The notes under the pieces: generated by a model
The model's database searches: none
The model's input: only the letters and a program-made list of their open reading frames with translations
Told to the model about the DNA's origin: nothing
Translations under genes and position numbers: made by a program
Origin: Chiloscyllium plagiosum
Lineage: Eukaryota
Reading direction: 5' to 3'
Length of the DNA: 33,377 nucleotides
NCBI RefSeq assembly: GCF_004010195.1
Contig: NC_057718.1
Coordinates: forward strand, 333,389 to 366,765
Shown: in pieces, positions 11,533 through 22,800 of the stretch
How positions within the stretch are numbered: position 1 is the first letter of the stretch
Layout of the letters: each line of letters begins with the position of its first letter

Positions 11533-13309
11533 CAAAATGTCGAACTGTGCCCAGTGGTGTTCCACAGGGATCCATGCTGGGACCACTGTTGTTTGTGATA
11601 TACAGAAATGATTTAGAGGAAGGTGTAGTTCGCCTCTTTAGCAAGTTTGCAGATGACACTCAGATTGGTGAAGTAGCAGATAGTGAAGGAGACTGTCAGA
11701 GAATACAGCAGAATATAGACAGATTGGAGAGTTGGGTGGAGAAATGGAAGATGGAGTTCAATCCAGGCAAATGCGAGGAGATGCATTTTGAAAGATCCAA
11801 TTCAAGAATGAACCATACAGTAAATGGAAAATTCCTGGGGAAAACTAATGTACAGAGATTAATGAAAATAAACCTAACCTACTCAACCTCTCTTCATAGC
11901 TAGCACCTTCCATACCAGGCAACATCCTTGTAAACCTTCTCTGCACCCTCTCCATGAACCATACAGTAAATGGAAAAATCCTGGGGAAAACTAATGTACA
12001 GAGAGATCTCGGTGTTCAGATCCATTATACCCTGAAGGTGGTCAAGAAGGCATACGGCATGCTGTCCTTCATCGGACAGAGTATTGAGTACAAGAGTTGG
12101 CAGGTCATGTTACAGTTGTAGAAGACTTTGGTTAGGCCACATTTGGAATATTGTGTACAGTTGTGCTTGCCACGTTACCAAAAGGATGTGGATGCTCTGG
12201 AGAGGGTACAGAGGAGGTTCATCAGGATGTTGCCTGGTATGGAGGATGCTAGCTATGAAGAGAGGTTGAGTAGATTAGGATTAATTTCATTAGAAAGACA
12301 GAGGTTTGGGGGACCTGATTGAGGTCTACAAAATCATGAGAGATATAGACAGGATGGATAGCAAGAAGCTTTTTCCCCAGAGTGGGGGCCTCAGTTACTA
12401 GGAATCACAAGCTCAAAGTGAGAGGGGAGAAGTTTAAGGGAGATATGCTTGGAAGAGGGTGATGGGGGCCTGGAAAGTATTGCCAGTGGAGGTGGTAGAT
12501 GTGGGCATGATAGCGTCATTTAAGATGTATCTAGACAGATACATGAATGGGCAGGGAGCAGAGGGATACAGACCCTTAGAAAATAGGAGACACGTTTAGA
12601 TAGAGGGTATGGATTGGTGCAGGCTTGGAGGGCCGAAGGGCCTGTTCCTGTGCTGCAATGTTCTCTGTTTACTCCGGATATGACATCTTTCTTAAGATCA
12701 CCCTGCATTTTCTATACTCCAAAAGAACCTTTGTCAATTTGCTCTCTTTCTCCTGTAAAAAGCCTCTGTTTTCTTTCTGATCCAGTCCTGAACATTCCTA
12801 GATCTCTAGGAATCTCGAGGCATATTTCTTCTACATGTTATCCTAAAGATAACATGCTGAGCTCAGATTCTCCCCATTCCCTTTTTGACGGTCACCCCAC
12901 TGTTCCATTCTGTTGCAGATTTACTAGAGATCACTGTTCCAAGTCTACTTTGGCTGGATTCTGCCTTGTTTTAATAAAATCTGTCTTCCCCCATTCCAAA
13001 ACCCCTTTTTTCAGACCATCTTTTCCGTCACAAGACTTAAATGATACGAGTGTACAGACCCAGGGTCAGAAGTGGGAGTGACAGACCCTGGGTTTAGTGC
13101 TGTCAATGATGGACCCCAGGGTCAGAGTTGAGAGTGGGAAATTCTTGGAGATTTCTGTCTGGTATCTTTCTCCCACTTTCCACCCACCCATTTCCTAATT
13201 CTGCCTTCTCTCTTTACCCCATCCTCTGCATCCCCCTATCCTGACATTTCCTCACCTCCCAATCTTCCTTTCTGCATCTTATGCTACTTCCTCTCCAAGT
13301 CATCTCACT

Positions 13310-14600
13310 CTAGAACAAAGAACAAAGAAAATTTACAGCCCAGGAACAGGCCCTTCGGCCCTCCAAGCCTGATCCGATCCAANNNNNNNNNNNNNNNNNN
13401 NNNNNNNNNNNNNNNNNNNNNNNNNNNNNNNNNNNNNNNNNNNNNNNNNNNNNNNNNNNNNNNNNNNNNNNNNNNNNNNNNNNNNNNNNNNNNNNNNNNN
13501 NNNNNNNNNNNNNNNNNNNNNNNNNNNNNNNNNNNNNNNNNNNNNNNNNNNNNNNNNNNNNNNNNNNNNNNNNNNNNNNNNNNNNNNNNNNNNNNNNNNN
13601 NNNNNNNNNNNNNNNNNNNNNNNNNNNNNNNNNNNNNNNNNNNNNNNNNNNNNNNNNNNNNNNNNNNNNNNNNNNNNNNNNNNNNNNNNNNNNNNNNNNN
13701 NNNNNNNNNNNNNNNNNNNNNNNNNNNNNNNNNNNNNNNNNNNNNNNNNNNNNNNNNNNNNNNNNNNNNNNNNNNNNNNNNNNNNNNNNNNNNNNNNNNN
13801 NNNNNNNNNNNNNNNNNNNNNNNNNNNNNNNNNNNNNNNNNNNNNNNNNNNNNNNNNNNNNNNNNNNNNNNNNNNNNNNNNNNNNNNNNNNNNNNNNNNN
13901 NNNNNNNNNNNNNNNNNNNNNNNNNNNNNNNNNNNNNNNNNNNNNNNNNNNNNNNNNNNNNNNNNNNNNNNNNNNNNNNGAGAAACTCCCTTCAACTACT
14001 ACTCTCTGTCTCCTGTTGCTCAACCAGTTCTTTATCCACCGAACTAGAACACCCTGCACACCATGTGACTTCACTTTCTCCATTAGTTTACCATGGGGAA
14101 CCTTATCAAACGCCTTACTAAAGTCCATGTTTATGACCTCAACAACCCTTCCTTCATCTAACAACTTGGTCACTTCCTTGAAGAACTCTATTAACTTTAT
14201 AAGGCACGATCTCCCCCGCACAAAACCATGTTGCCTATCACTGATAAGCCCATTCTTTTCTAAATATAAATAGATCCCATCCCTCAGTACCTTCTCCAGC
14301 AACCTTCCCACCACTGACGTTACTGATCTGTAGTTATCCGGAATATCCGTACTACCCTTCTTGTACAGGGGGACAACATAAGCAACCTTCCACCTCACCT
14401 GTATTTAAGGATGCCACAAAGATATCTGTCAGGGCCCCAGCTATTTCCTCTCTTGACTCCCTCAGCAACCTGGGGTAGATCCCATCCAGTCCTGGGGATT
14501 TGTCCACCTTAACAATCTCTAGCATACCCAACACATTTTCCCTACTTATGCCAACGTGAACCAGACTAATCAAACTTCTCTCACTAATCTCAATCTCTAA
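13310..14600 (-). mobile_element. CR1 ORF2 fragment spanning an N gap
   Basis: Encodes DKSPGLDGIYPRLL, QHGFVRGRSCL and DFSKAFDKVPH; tail agaacaaagaacaaag at 13312. Confidence 0.9.
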
Positions 14601-14899
14601 TCTCTACCTCTCCTTGCCCCCCCCCCCCCCCCCCCCCGTCACTTTGTGGCGAAGTGTCATTTTGATCCAACATTGTGAGGATTTTCTCTCAAGGAGGCCG
14701 AGTGAAATCCTTCATGACCAACACCACAAAGTTGCTTCATTAACAGCCTGCCCTGCCCTATTGCCCCTCATTTTATGTAAGCCCAATTCTACCACTGCTG
14801 CAGTTGGAAATACTCGCCACTCCGGAGATATCCTGAGAAAGTTCCATCATCCCTGGCACTGCACCATCTCTAAAAGGCTGTGGAGCACCTGGAACTCAG

Positions 14900-15070
14900 A
14901 GTTGCCCCAAACCTAGCAGAAAAGGGGAAGTTGATGCCTCACTGTGGGGTGAATGAGTGGCTGGTAATGGAGGCACTGCTAGCCCGGATTCTGGTTTCCA
15001 CCCAGTCAGTGCACTCTCAGCCTTTGCAGGAAATGCAGTACTGTAGGAAGGTCAATGACCTTCTCCACCC
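14900..15070 (+). mobile_element. Possible PIF/Harbinger Myb/SANT-like ORF remnant
   Basis: EKGKLMPH...MEALL...QYCRKVNDLL resembles the recalled pattern APRF..LE.LL / QCRKK.NDL. Highly degenerate. Confidence 0.35.
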
Positions 15071-15213
15071 CAACAATTTAAGTGCCACCATCTTGTCTCC
15101 AATACTGCAAGGCATTTAATAAGGTGCCTCATAAAACATTGGAACACTAGATCACACAGGATTAGTGGCAATATATTAACCTGGATAGAGGATTGGTTAA
15201 TCAACAGAAAGCA

Positions 15214-15305
15214 AGGTCAGAAGTCACACGACACCATGTTATAGTCCACCAGATTTATTTGAAATCACAAACTTTCGAAGTGCAGTCCCTGCATTAGGTG
15301 AAGTG
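15214..15305 (-). mobile_element. 92-bp PLE-terminus-like insertion in an old CR1
   Basis: TSD agaaagca at 15206-15213 and 15306-15313. Homologous to 28003-28090, with a degenerate CTAATG..GAAA core. Confidence 0.7.
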
Positions 15306-15529
15306 AGAAAGCAGAAAGCAGACAGGATAAATGGGTCTTTGTCTGGTTGCTAAGGTTTAATTAGTGGTGTGCCACAGGGCTCAATCCTTGAGCTCCAGCA
15401 GTTTACAATTGAGATTAACATCTTGGACACAGAGACAGAAGGCACTCTTGCTAAATTTGCAGATGACACTAAAGAAGGTAGAAACATAGGTTGAAAAGAA
15501 GAAATTCTGTAAATCTATTATAGACAGTA

Positions 15530-18215
15530 GGGTGAGGGTTCTTTCATGTGTTACTGAGATCTGTCTCTTGATTAACTTTTTAAATGTACAAAGCAAAGGT
15601 ATTACGTTATCCTAGAGCAGTGTCTTTAGAGAAGTAAGACTGTGCTACTTTCTGGGTCTGTAGATTAAGGTGCAGAAATGGCCTTCAGTAGAATGACGTG
15701 CTCTTTCTGTCAGATGTGAGACATTAAGGAGAATTTCAATGTTCCTGATGATTATGTCTGCAGTAAGTGTGTTTGGTTGCGAATCCTATCATATTGCACG
15801 GATTGATTGGAGTGGCAGTTAGAGACAGTAATGAATTTACCGGAACTAGGGTGTGTGATGGATGGCAGTTATAGGAAGGGAGAAAAGACACAGATACAGT
15901 TAGATAGATGGGTTAACTCCAGGGAGGGTATGAGAGGTAGGCAGGTAATGCAGGAGTCTCCTGTGGCTATCCCCATTTCTAACAAGTATGCTGTTTTGGA
16001 AACGTAGGGAGTGATGGAGTCTCAGGGGAATATAGCACGAACTGCCAAGTTTCTGGTAATGAGAGTGGCTGTAATGTAACAAGGAGTCCGTCAGGTTCCA
16101 AGTGATCGATTATGATAGGAGACTCTCCAGTCAGAGGCACAGACGGATGTTTCTGTAGCCGACAGTGAGAAATCAGATTGGTGTGTTGCCTCCCTGGTGT
16201 CAGGATCAAGGATTTCTCTGAGAAGGTGCAGAATATTATCAAAGGAGTGTGGAATCTACAGGGGGTCATTGGGCACTTTAGTCCAACAACAAAAGAAGAG
16301 ATGGGGATGAGGTTCTGAAGCATGAATATAGGAAATTAAGCAGGAGGTTAAAATGTAGGTTCTCAAGGATAGTAAAATCTGGATTACTCCACGATGCTAT
16401 GGGCGAGTGAGAGTAGGAATAGGAGGATAGAGCAGATGAGTGCATGACCGAGGAGCTGGTGCAAGGGGCAAGAATTTGCATTTTTGGATCATTGGAAATT
16501 CTTCTGGGGTAGAAGTGGCCTACACAAGAAGGATGGGTTGCATATGAATTAGAAAGGGACTATTACTCTGGCATGGAGATTTGTTAGTGCTCCTGGAGAG
16601 GCTTTAAACTAGTAAGGGGGAGAGGTTGCCAAGAGATTGTGAGAAAATAGATCAGTCTGAGGCTGCTACAGTTCAGAAGAGGTGCAAGACAATTAGTCAA
16701 TGGAGTCAAGAGCAAAGGAGAGAATGAAGTGAAACTGGTAAATTAGGCTGCATTTATTTCCATGAAAGATGCCTGAGAGGCAAGGCATCTGAACTCGGGG
16801 CATGGTGTGAACATGGGACTGGGATATCACAGCAATTACAGAGTCATGGCTCAGGGATGCATAGGACTGGCAGCTTAATGTTCCAGAGAAGGAGGGATTG
16901 GCGCTTTTGATTAAAGATAACATTACAGCTGTACTTTGGGAAGATATTCCTGGGAGTACATCCAGCAAAGTTATTCAGGTGGAACTGAGAAATAAAAAAA
17001 GGGATGATCACCTGATTGGGATTGGATTATAAACCCCTCTCCCCGCCATACCCAGCGGGAAATTGAGAAGCTCCACCAGCTCCTCCACATCTTGGGAAAT
17101 AAGGCAGGGCAGATGACTGAGGGTCACTGGGGGAGCACTTTCAGGCCAGCGACCATAATTTCATTAGTTTTAAAGTAGTTATGGAAAGGATAAACCTGAT
17201 CTAAACGCTGAAGCTCCACATTGGAGTAAAGACAATTTTGACAGTATTCGGGCAAGAACGTTCAAAAGTCGATTGAGAAAAGTTACTGTCAGGTAAAGGG
17301 CAGTTGGAAAGTGGTAGGTCTTGATAAATGAGGCAGTATGTTCCTGTTAGTGTGAAGAACACAGCCAGTAGGTTTAGGGAATGCTGGCTGATGAGAGAAA
17401 GGGAGGCTCTGGTGAAGAAAAACAAGGAGACAAATGGCAAGTTACAGACAACAGAGATCGAGTGAAAATCAGCCCACCACGTGCAACCTTATCAAAGGCC
17501 TTACTGAAATCCATACCAGACCACATCTACCACCCTGCTCTCGTCAACCTTCCTGGTCACTTCGTCAAAGATGACATTGAAAATGGTGGTGTAGAGGACA
17601 GCAAAGAAGGTAATCACAGAGTACAACAGGATTCTGATTCAACAGGCCAAGGAATGGCAGATGGGGTTTAATTTCAAGGGAGACGTTGCATTTTGACAAG
17701 GCAAATCAGGGCAGGACTTATACACTTAACATCACGATCCTGGGGAGCTAGAATGTTGCCTGGATTGGAGGGTCTGAGCTTTATGGAGAGACTGAATAGA
17801 CTGGGACATATTCCCTGGATTGTCAGAAGTTGAGGGGTGACCTTACAGATGTTTATAAAATCATGAGGGGCATGGATAGGGTGAAATAGTCAAGATCTTT
17901 TTCCCGAGAGTGGGGGAGTCCAAAACCAAACGGCATAGGTTTAAGGTGAGACAGGAAAGATTTAAAGGAACCTGAGGGGTATAATTTTCATACAGAGGGT
18001 GGTGAGTGTATGGAATGAGCTGCCAGAGGAAGTAGTGAAGGTGGGTACAATTACAGCATTTAAAAGGCATCTAGATGGGTATGTGAATAGGGAGCATTTA
18101 GAGGGATATGGCTGAATGGTGCCAAATGAGACTAGGTCAGTTTAGGATATCTGACCGGTTTGGGAAAGTTGCACTGAAAGGTCTGTTTTCTGTGCTCTAT
18201 GCTTCTATGACTCTA
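15530..18215 (+). mobile_element. CR1 retaining its 5' region: ORF1 (Zn finger and SGNH esterase), endonuclease and rearranged 3' end
   Basis: ORF1 from the ATG at 15678 reads CSFCQM...YVCSKC, ISNKYAVL, IGDSPVRG and VCCLPGVRIKD, with stops. The endonuclease segment WDWDITAITESWL follows, then an inverted RT piece at about 17475-17570 and the tail ctatgactcta near 18210. Confidence 0.88.
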
Positions 18216-18259
18216 TGGCAAGGCAAGGGAGGGAAGGGTAGGGAAGGGTTGGGTAGGGT

Positions 18260-19400
18260 AGAGCAGAAACAAAAACAAAATTCAGCAGGTCTGGCAACCT
18301 CTGTGGAGAGAAATAAGAGTTAACATTTCAGGTCTACTGCTCCTTCCTTAGAACTGATGGTAGCTAGGAAAGATTTTTTTATGCAGAAGCTACAGTGAGC
18401 GGAGTAAGGAGAAAATGATAGAGAAAATGATAGAGCCCAAAAAGATTTCAGGTAGACAAGGCAGTAAAAAAGGCCTATGGTATGCCTGCCTTCATTAGAA
18501 GGGGCATTGAGTATAAGGATTGGCACGTTATGCTGCAGCTTTACAGAACTTTAGTTGGACCACACTTGGAACATCGTGTACAGTTCTGGTCACCACACTC
18601 CCAGAAACATGTGGATGCTTTGGAGAGGGTACAGAAAAGGTTTACCGGGATGCCATCTAGTACGGGGGAGTTTAGTTTTGAAGAAAGGTTGGATAGACTG
18701 GGTTTGTTTTCACTGGAACACAGGAGGTTGAGGGGTGACCTGATAGAAGTTTGTACAATTGTGAATGGTGTGGATAGAGTGGGAAGTATGAGGCTTTTTC
18801 CCAGGATGGAGGGGTCAGTTACCGGGACACACAGGTTCTAGGTGCTGGGGGGATGTTTAAAAGAGATGTGTGAGGCAGGTTTTTCACACAAAGGGTGGAG
18901 AGTGCCTGGAACACGCTGCCAGAGGAGGTGGTGGGAGCAGACACAGGAGCAGCATTCAAGAAGCACCTGGACAGACACACGAATAGGAAGGGAACAGAGG
19001 GATACGGATCCTGGAAGGGAAGGCAGTTTTAGGACAGGAGGGCAAAATGTGACAGCACACGCTTGGAGGGCAGAAGGGCCTGTTCCTGTTCTGTATTGAT
19101 CTCTGTTCTTCTTTGTTCCATTAGTGGCTAATAATAGCAGACAAAAGCCTGGTGTAAGGGAATGGGGGAAAGCATGGGGAAAGTGGTGAAAACTTCAAGT
19201 TATTGAACTCAGACTTAGAACAGACAGTCTCCCGAAAGCTGTCGAGTTCCCAAGCAGAAGATGAGGTGCTGTTCTCCCAGCTTGCACTGAGCTTCACTGG
19301 AGCTAACCTGGGACAGGGGTGTTGGCCGGGGAACAGGGTGGGGTGTGAAAGTGGAAGGCAACTGGAAGCTCAGGGTCTCAGAGCAGAGAGAGCATGGGGC
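18260..19400 (-). mobile_element. PLE 3' remnant interrupted by a CR1
   Basis: SEAQCKLGEQHLIFCLGTRQ parallels the PLE C-terminus near 6330. The terminal segment 18262-18440 has a degenerate CTAAGGA..GAAA core. Confidence 0.65.
18445..19110 (+). mobile_element. CR1 3' fragment
   Basis: Encodes MLQLYRTLVGPHLEHRVQFWSP...LRGDLIEV, followed by the 3'UTR. Confidence 0.9.
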
Positions 19401-19562
19401 AGAGTATGGCAGAGATGCTGTGTGCATCAATGTAGACACAAAGTAAGTGAGCTCTCAGAGAACAGCTCTGAGATGTGGCCTGGTCCAATCCATGAACTGA
19501 TTCCTGTCCCTGTGACAGTGTCACTACAGCAGCTGTTCATTGAGAGGAGGTAGGACAGCATT

Positions 19563-19837
19563 TACAGAACCATAAGTTTTTGTTGCAAACGTTTCGTCCC
19601 CTGTCTCGGTGACATCCTCAGTGCTTGGGAGCCTCCTGTGAAGCGCTTCTCTGGCTCGGGCTTTGTCAACCTGCTGAACAGACATAACAGACAACAGGAC
19701 GTTGAACCCATCAACAAAGACGGCATACTTAAACTACTGGACTTGTGCCTCACAACACACTTCACATTCAACAACCAGATATACGAACAAATCAACGGAA
19801 CACCCATGGGCTCACCCATCTCGGGACTCATAGCAGA
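19563..19837 (+). mobile_element. PLE fragment: inverted terminal repeat plus RT piece, truncated by the minisatellite
   Basis: Encodes ILKLLDLCLTTHFTFNNQIYEQINGTPMGSPISGLIA, a PLE RT motif, with no stop codon. It is preceded by a minus-strand hammerhead-bearing segment. Confidence 0.85.
19584..19626 (-). ncRNA. Minimal type I hammerhead ribozyme-like motif
   Basis: Minus strand reads GCA-CTGAGGA-T-GTCACC-gagaca-GGGGAC-GAAA-C-GTT^TGC. The catalytic boxes are intact, stem II pairs 5 of 6, and stem I is GCA/TGC. Confidence 0.7.
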
Positions 19838-22800
19838 TTTCCCATGCCTGCTGGTTTTCCCCTCCCTTACCTGTTCCTGCTGGTTTCCCCTGTTCCTGCT
19901 GGTTTTCCCATGCCTGCTGGTTTTCCCCTCCCTTACCTGTTCCTGCTGGTTTCCCCTGTTCCTGCTGGTTTTCCCATGCCTGCTGGTTTTCCCCTCCCTT
20001 ACCTGTTCCTGCTGGTTTCCCCTGTTCCTGCTGGTTTTCCCATGCCTGCTGGTTTTCCCCTCCCTTACCTGTTCCTGCTGGTTTCCCCTGTTCCTGCTGG
20101 TTTTCCCATGCCTGCTGGTTTTCCCCTCCCTTACCTGTTCCTGCTGGTTTCCCCTGTTCCTGCTGGTTTTCCCATGCCTGCTGGTTTTCCCCTCCCTTAC
20201 CTGTTCCTGCTGGTTTCCCCTGTTCCTGCTGGTTTTCCCATGCCTGCTGGTTTTCCCCTCCCTTACCTGTTCCTGCTGGTTTCCCCTGTTCCTGCTGGTT
20301 TTCCCATGCCTGCTGGTTTTCCCCTCCCTTACCTGTTCCTGCTGGTTTCCCCTGTTCCTGCTGGTTTTCCCATGCCTGCTGGTTTTCCCCTCCCTTACCT
20401 GTTCCTGCTGGTTTCCCCTGTTCCTGCTGGTTTTCCCATGCCTGCTGGTTTTCCCCTCCCTTACCTGTTCCTGCTGGTTTCCCCTGTTCCTGCTGGTTTT
20501 CCCATGCCTGCTGGTTTTCCCCTCCCTTACCTGTTCCTGCTGGTTTCCCCTGTTCCTGCTGGTTTTCCCATGCCTGCTGGTTTTCCCCTCCCTTACCTGT
20601 TCCTGCTGGTTTCCCCTGTTCCTGCTGGTTTTCCCATGCCTGCTGGTTTTCCCCTCCCTTACCTGTTCCTGCTGGTTTCCCCTGTTCCTGCTGGTTTTCC
20701 CATGCCTGCTGGTTTTCCCCTCCCTTACCTGTTCCTGCTGGTTTCCCCTGTTCCTGCTGGTTTTCCCATGCCTGCTGGTTTTCCCCTCCCTTACCTGTTC
20801 CTGCTGGTTTCCCCTGTTCCTGCTGGTTTTCCCATGCCTGCTGGTTTTCCCCTCCCTTACCTGTTCCTGCTGGTTTCCCCTGTTCCTGCTGGTTTTCCCA
20901 TGCCTGCTGGTTTTCCCCTCCCTTACCTGTTCCTGCTGGTTTCCCCTGTTCCTGCTGGTTTTCCCATGCCTGCTGGTTTTCCCCTCCCTTACCTGTTCCT
21001 GCTGGTTTCCCCTGTTCCTGCTGGTTTTCCCATGCCTGCTGGTTTTCCCCTCCCTTACCTGTTCCTGCTGGTTTCCCCTGTTCCTGCTGGTTTTCCCATG
21101 CCTGCTGGTTTTCCCCTCCCTTACCTGTTCCTGCTGGTTTCCCCTGTTCCTGCTGGTTTTCCCATGCCTGCTGGTTTTCCCCTCCCTTACCTGTTCCTGC
21201 TGGTTTCCCCTGTTCCTGCTGGTTTTCCCATGCCTGCTGGTTTTCCCCTCCCTTACCTGTTCCTGCTGGTTTCCCCTGTTCCTGCTGGTTTTCCCATGCC
21301 TGCTGGTTTTCCCCTCCCTTACCTGTTCCTGCTGGTTTCCCCTGTTCCTGCTGGTTTTCCCATGCCTGCTGGTTTTCCCCTCCCTTACCTGTTCCTGCTG
21401 GTTTCCCCTGTTCCTGCTGGTTTTCCCATGCCTGCTGGTTTTCCCCTCCCTTACCTGTTCCTGCTGGTTTCCCCTGTTCCTGCTGGTTTTCCCATGCCTG
21501 CTGGTTTTCCCCTCCCTTACCTGTTCCTGCTGGTTTCCCCTGTTCCTGCTGGTTTTCCCATGCCTGCTGGTTTTCCCCTCCCTTACCTGTTCCTGCTGGT
21601 TTCCCCTGTTCCTGCTGGTTTTCCCATGCCTGCTGGTTTTCCCCTCCCTTACCTGTTCCTGCTGGTTTCCCCTGTTCCTGCTGGTTTTCCCATGCCTGCT
21701 GGTTTTCCCCTCCCTTACCTGTTCCTGCTGGTTTCCCCTGTTCCTGCTGGTTTTCCCATGCCTGCTGGTTTTCCCCTCCCTTACCTGTTCCTGCTGGTTT
21801 CCCCTGTTCCTGCTGGTTTTCCCATGCCTGCTGGTTTTCCCCTCCCTTACCTGTTCCTGCTGGTTTCCCCTGTTCCTGCTGGTTTTCCCATGCCTGCTGG
21901 TTTTCCCCTCCCTTACCTGTTCCTGCTGGTTTCCCCTGTTCCTGCTGGTTTTCCCATGCCTGCTGGTTTTCCCCTCCCTTACCTGTTCCTGCTGGTTTCC
22001 CCTGTTCCTGCTGGTTTTCCCATGCCTGCTGGTTTTCCCCTCCCTTACCTGTTCCTGCTGGTTTCCCCTGTTCCTGCTGGTTTTCCCATGCCTGCTGGTT
22101 TTCCCCTCCCTTACCTGTTCCTGCTGGTTTCCCCTGTTCCTGCTGGTTTTCCCATGCCTGCTGGTTTTCCCCTCCCTTACCTGTTCCTGCTGGTTTCCCC
22201 TGTTCCTGCTGGTTTTCCCATGCCTGCTGGTTTTCCCCTCCCTTACCTGTTCCTGCTGGTTTCCCCTGTTCCTGCTGGTTTTCCCATGCCTGCTGGTTTT
22301 CCCCTCCCTTACCTGTTCCTGCTGGTTTCCCCTGTTCCTGCTGGTTTTCCCATGCCTGCTGGTTTTCCCCTCCCTTACCTGTTCCTGCTGGTTTCCCCTG
22401 TTCCTGCTGGTTTTCCCATGCCTGCTGGTTTTCCCCTCCCTTACCTGTTCCTGCTGGTTTCCCCTGTTCCTGCTGGTTTTCCCATGCCTGCTGGTTTTCC
22501 CCTCCCTTACCTGTTCCTGCTGGTTTCCCCTGTTCCTGCTGGTTTTCCCATGCCTGCTGGTTTTCCCCTCCCTTACCTGTTCCTGCTGGTTTCCCCTGTT
22601 CCTGCTGGTTTTCCCATGCCTGCTGGTTTTCCCCTCCCTTACCTGTTCCTGCTGGTTTCCCCTGTTCCTGCTGGTTTTCCCATGCCTGCTGGTTTTCCCC
22701 TCCCTTACCTGTTCCTGCTGGTTTCCCCTGTTCCTGCTGGTTTTCCCATGCCTGCTGGTTTTCCCCTCCCTTACCTGTTCCTGCTGGTTTCCCCTGTTCC

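Larger units (their letters stand above)
8155..12670 (+). mobile_element. CR1 ORF2 (plus strand), split by a younger antisense CR1
   Basis: The RT reads ...RVVVEGSFSK up to 8607 and resumes near 11539 with (V)PSGVPQGSMLGPLLF...FADDT; 3' tail near 12665. Confidence 0.9.

Noticed and set aside
13053..13140. Short imperfect repeats gacccagggtcaga
   Set aside because: Only about three degenerate copies are present, with no supportable function.
13310..14398. Long ORFs containing X runs (also 2362-2677 and 25406-26024)
   Set aside because: They are open only because they cross N gaps.
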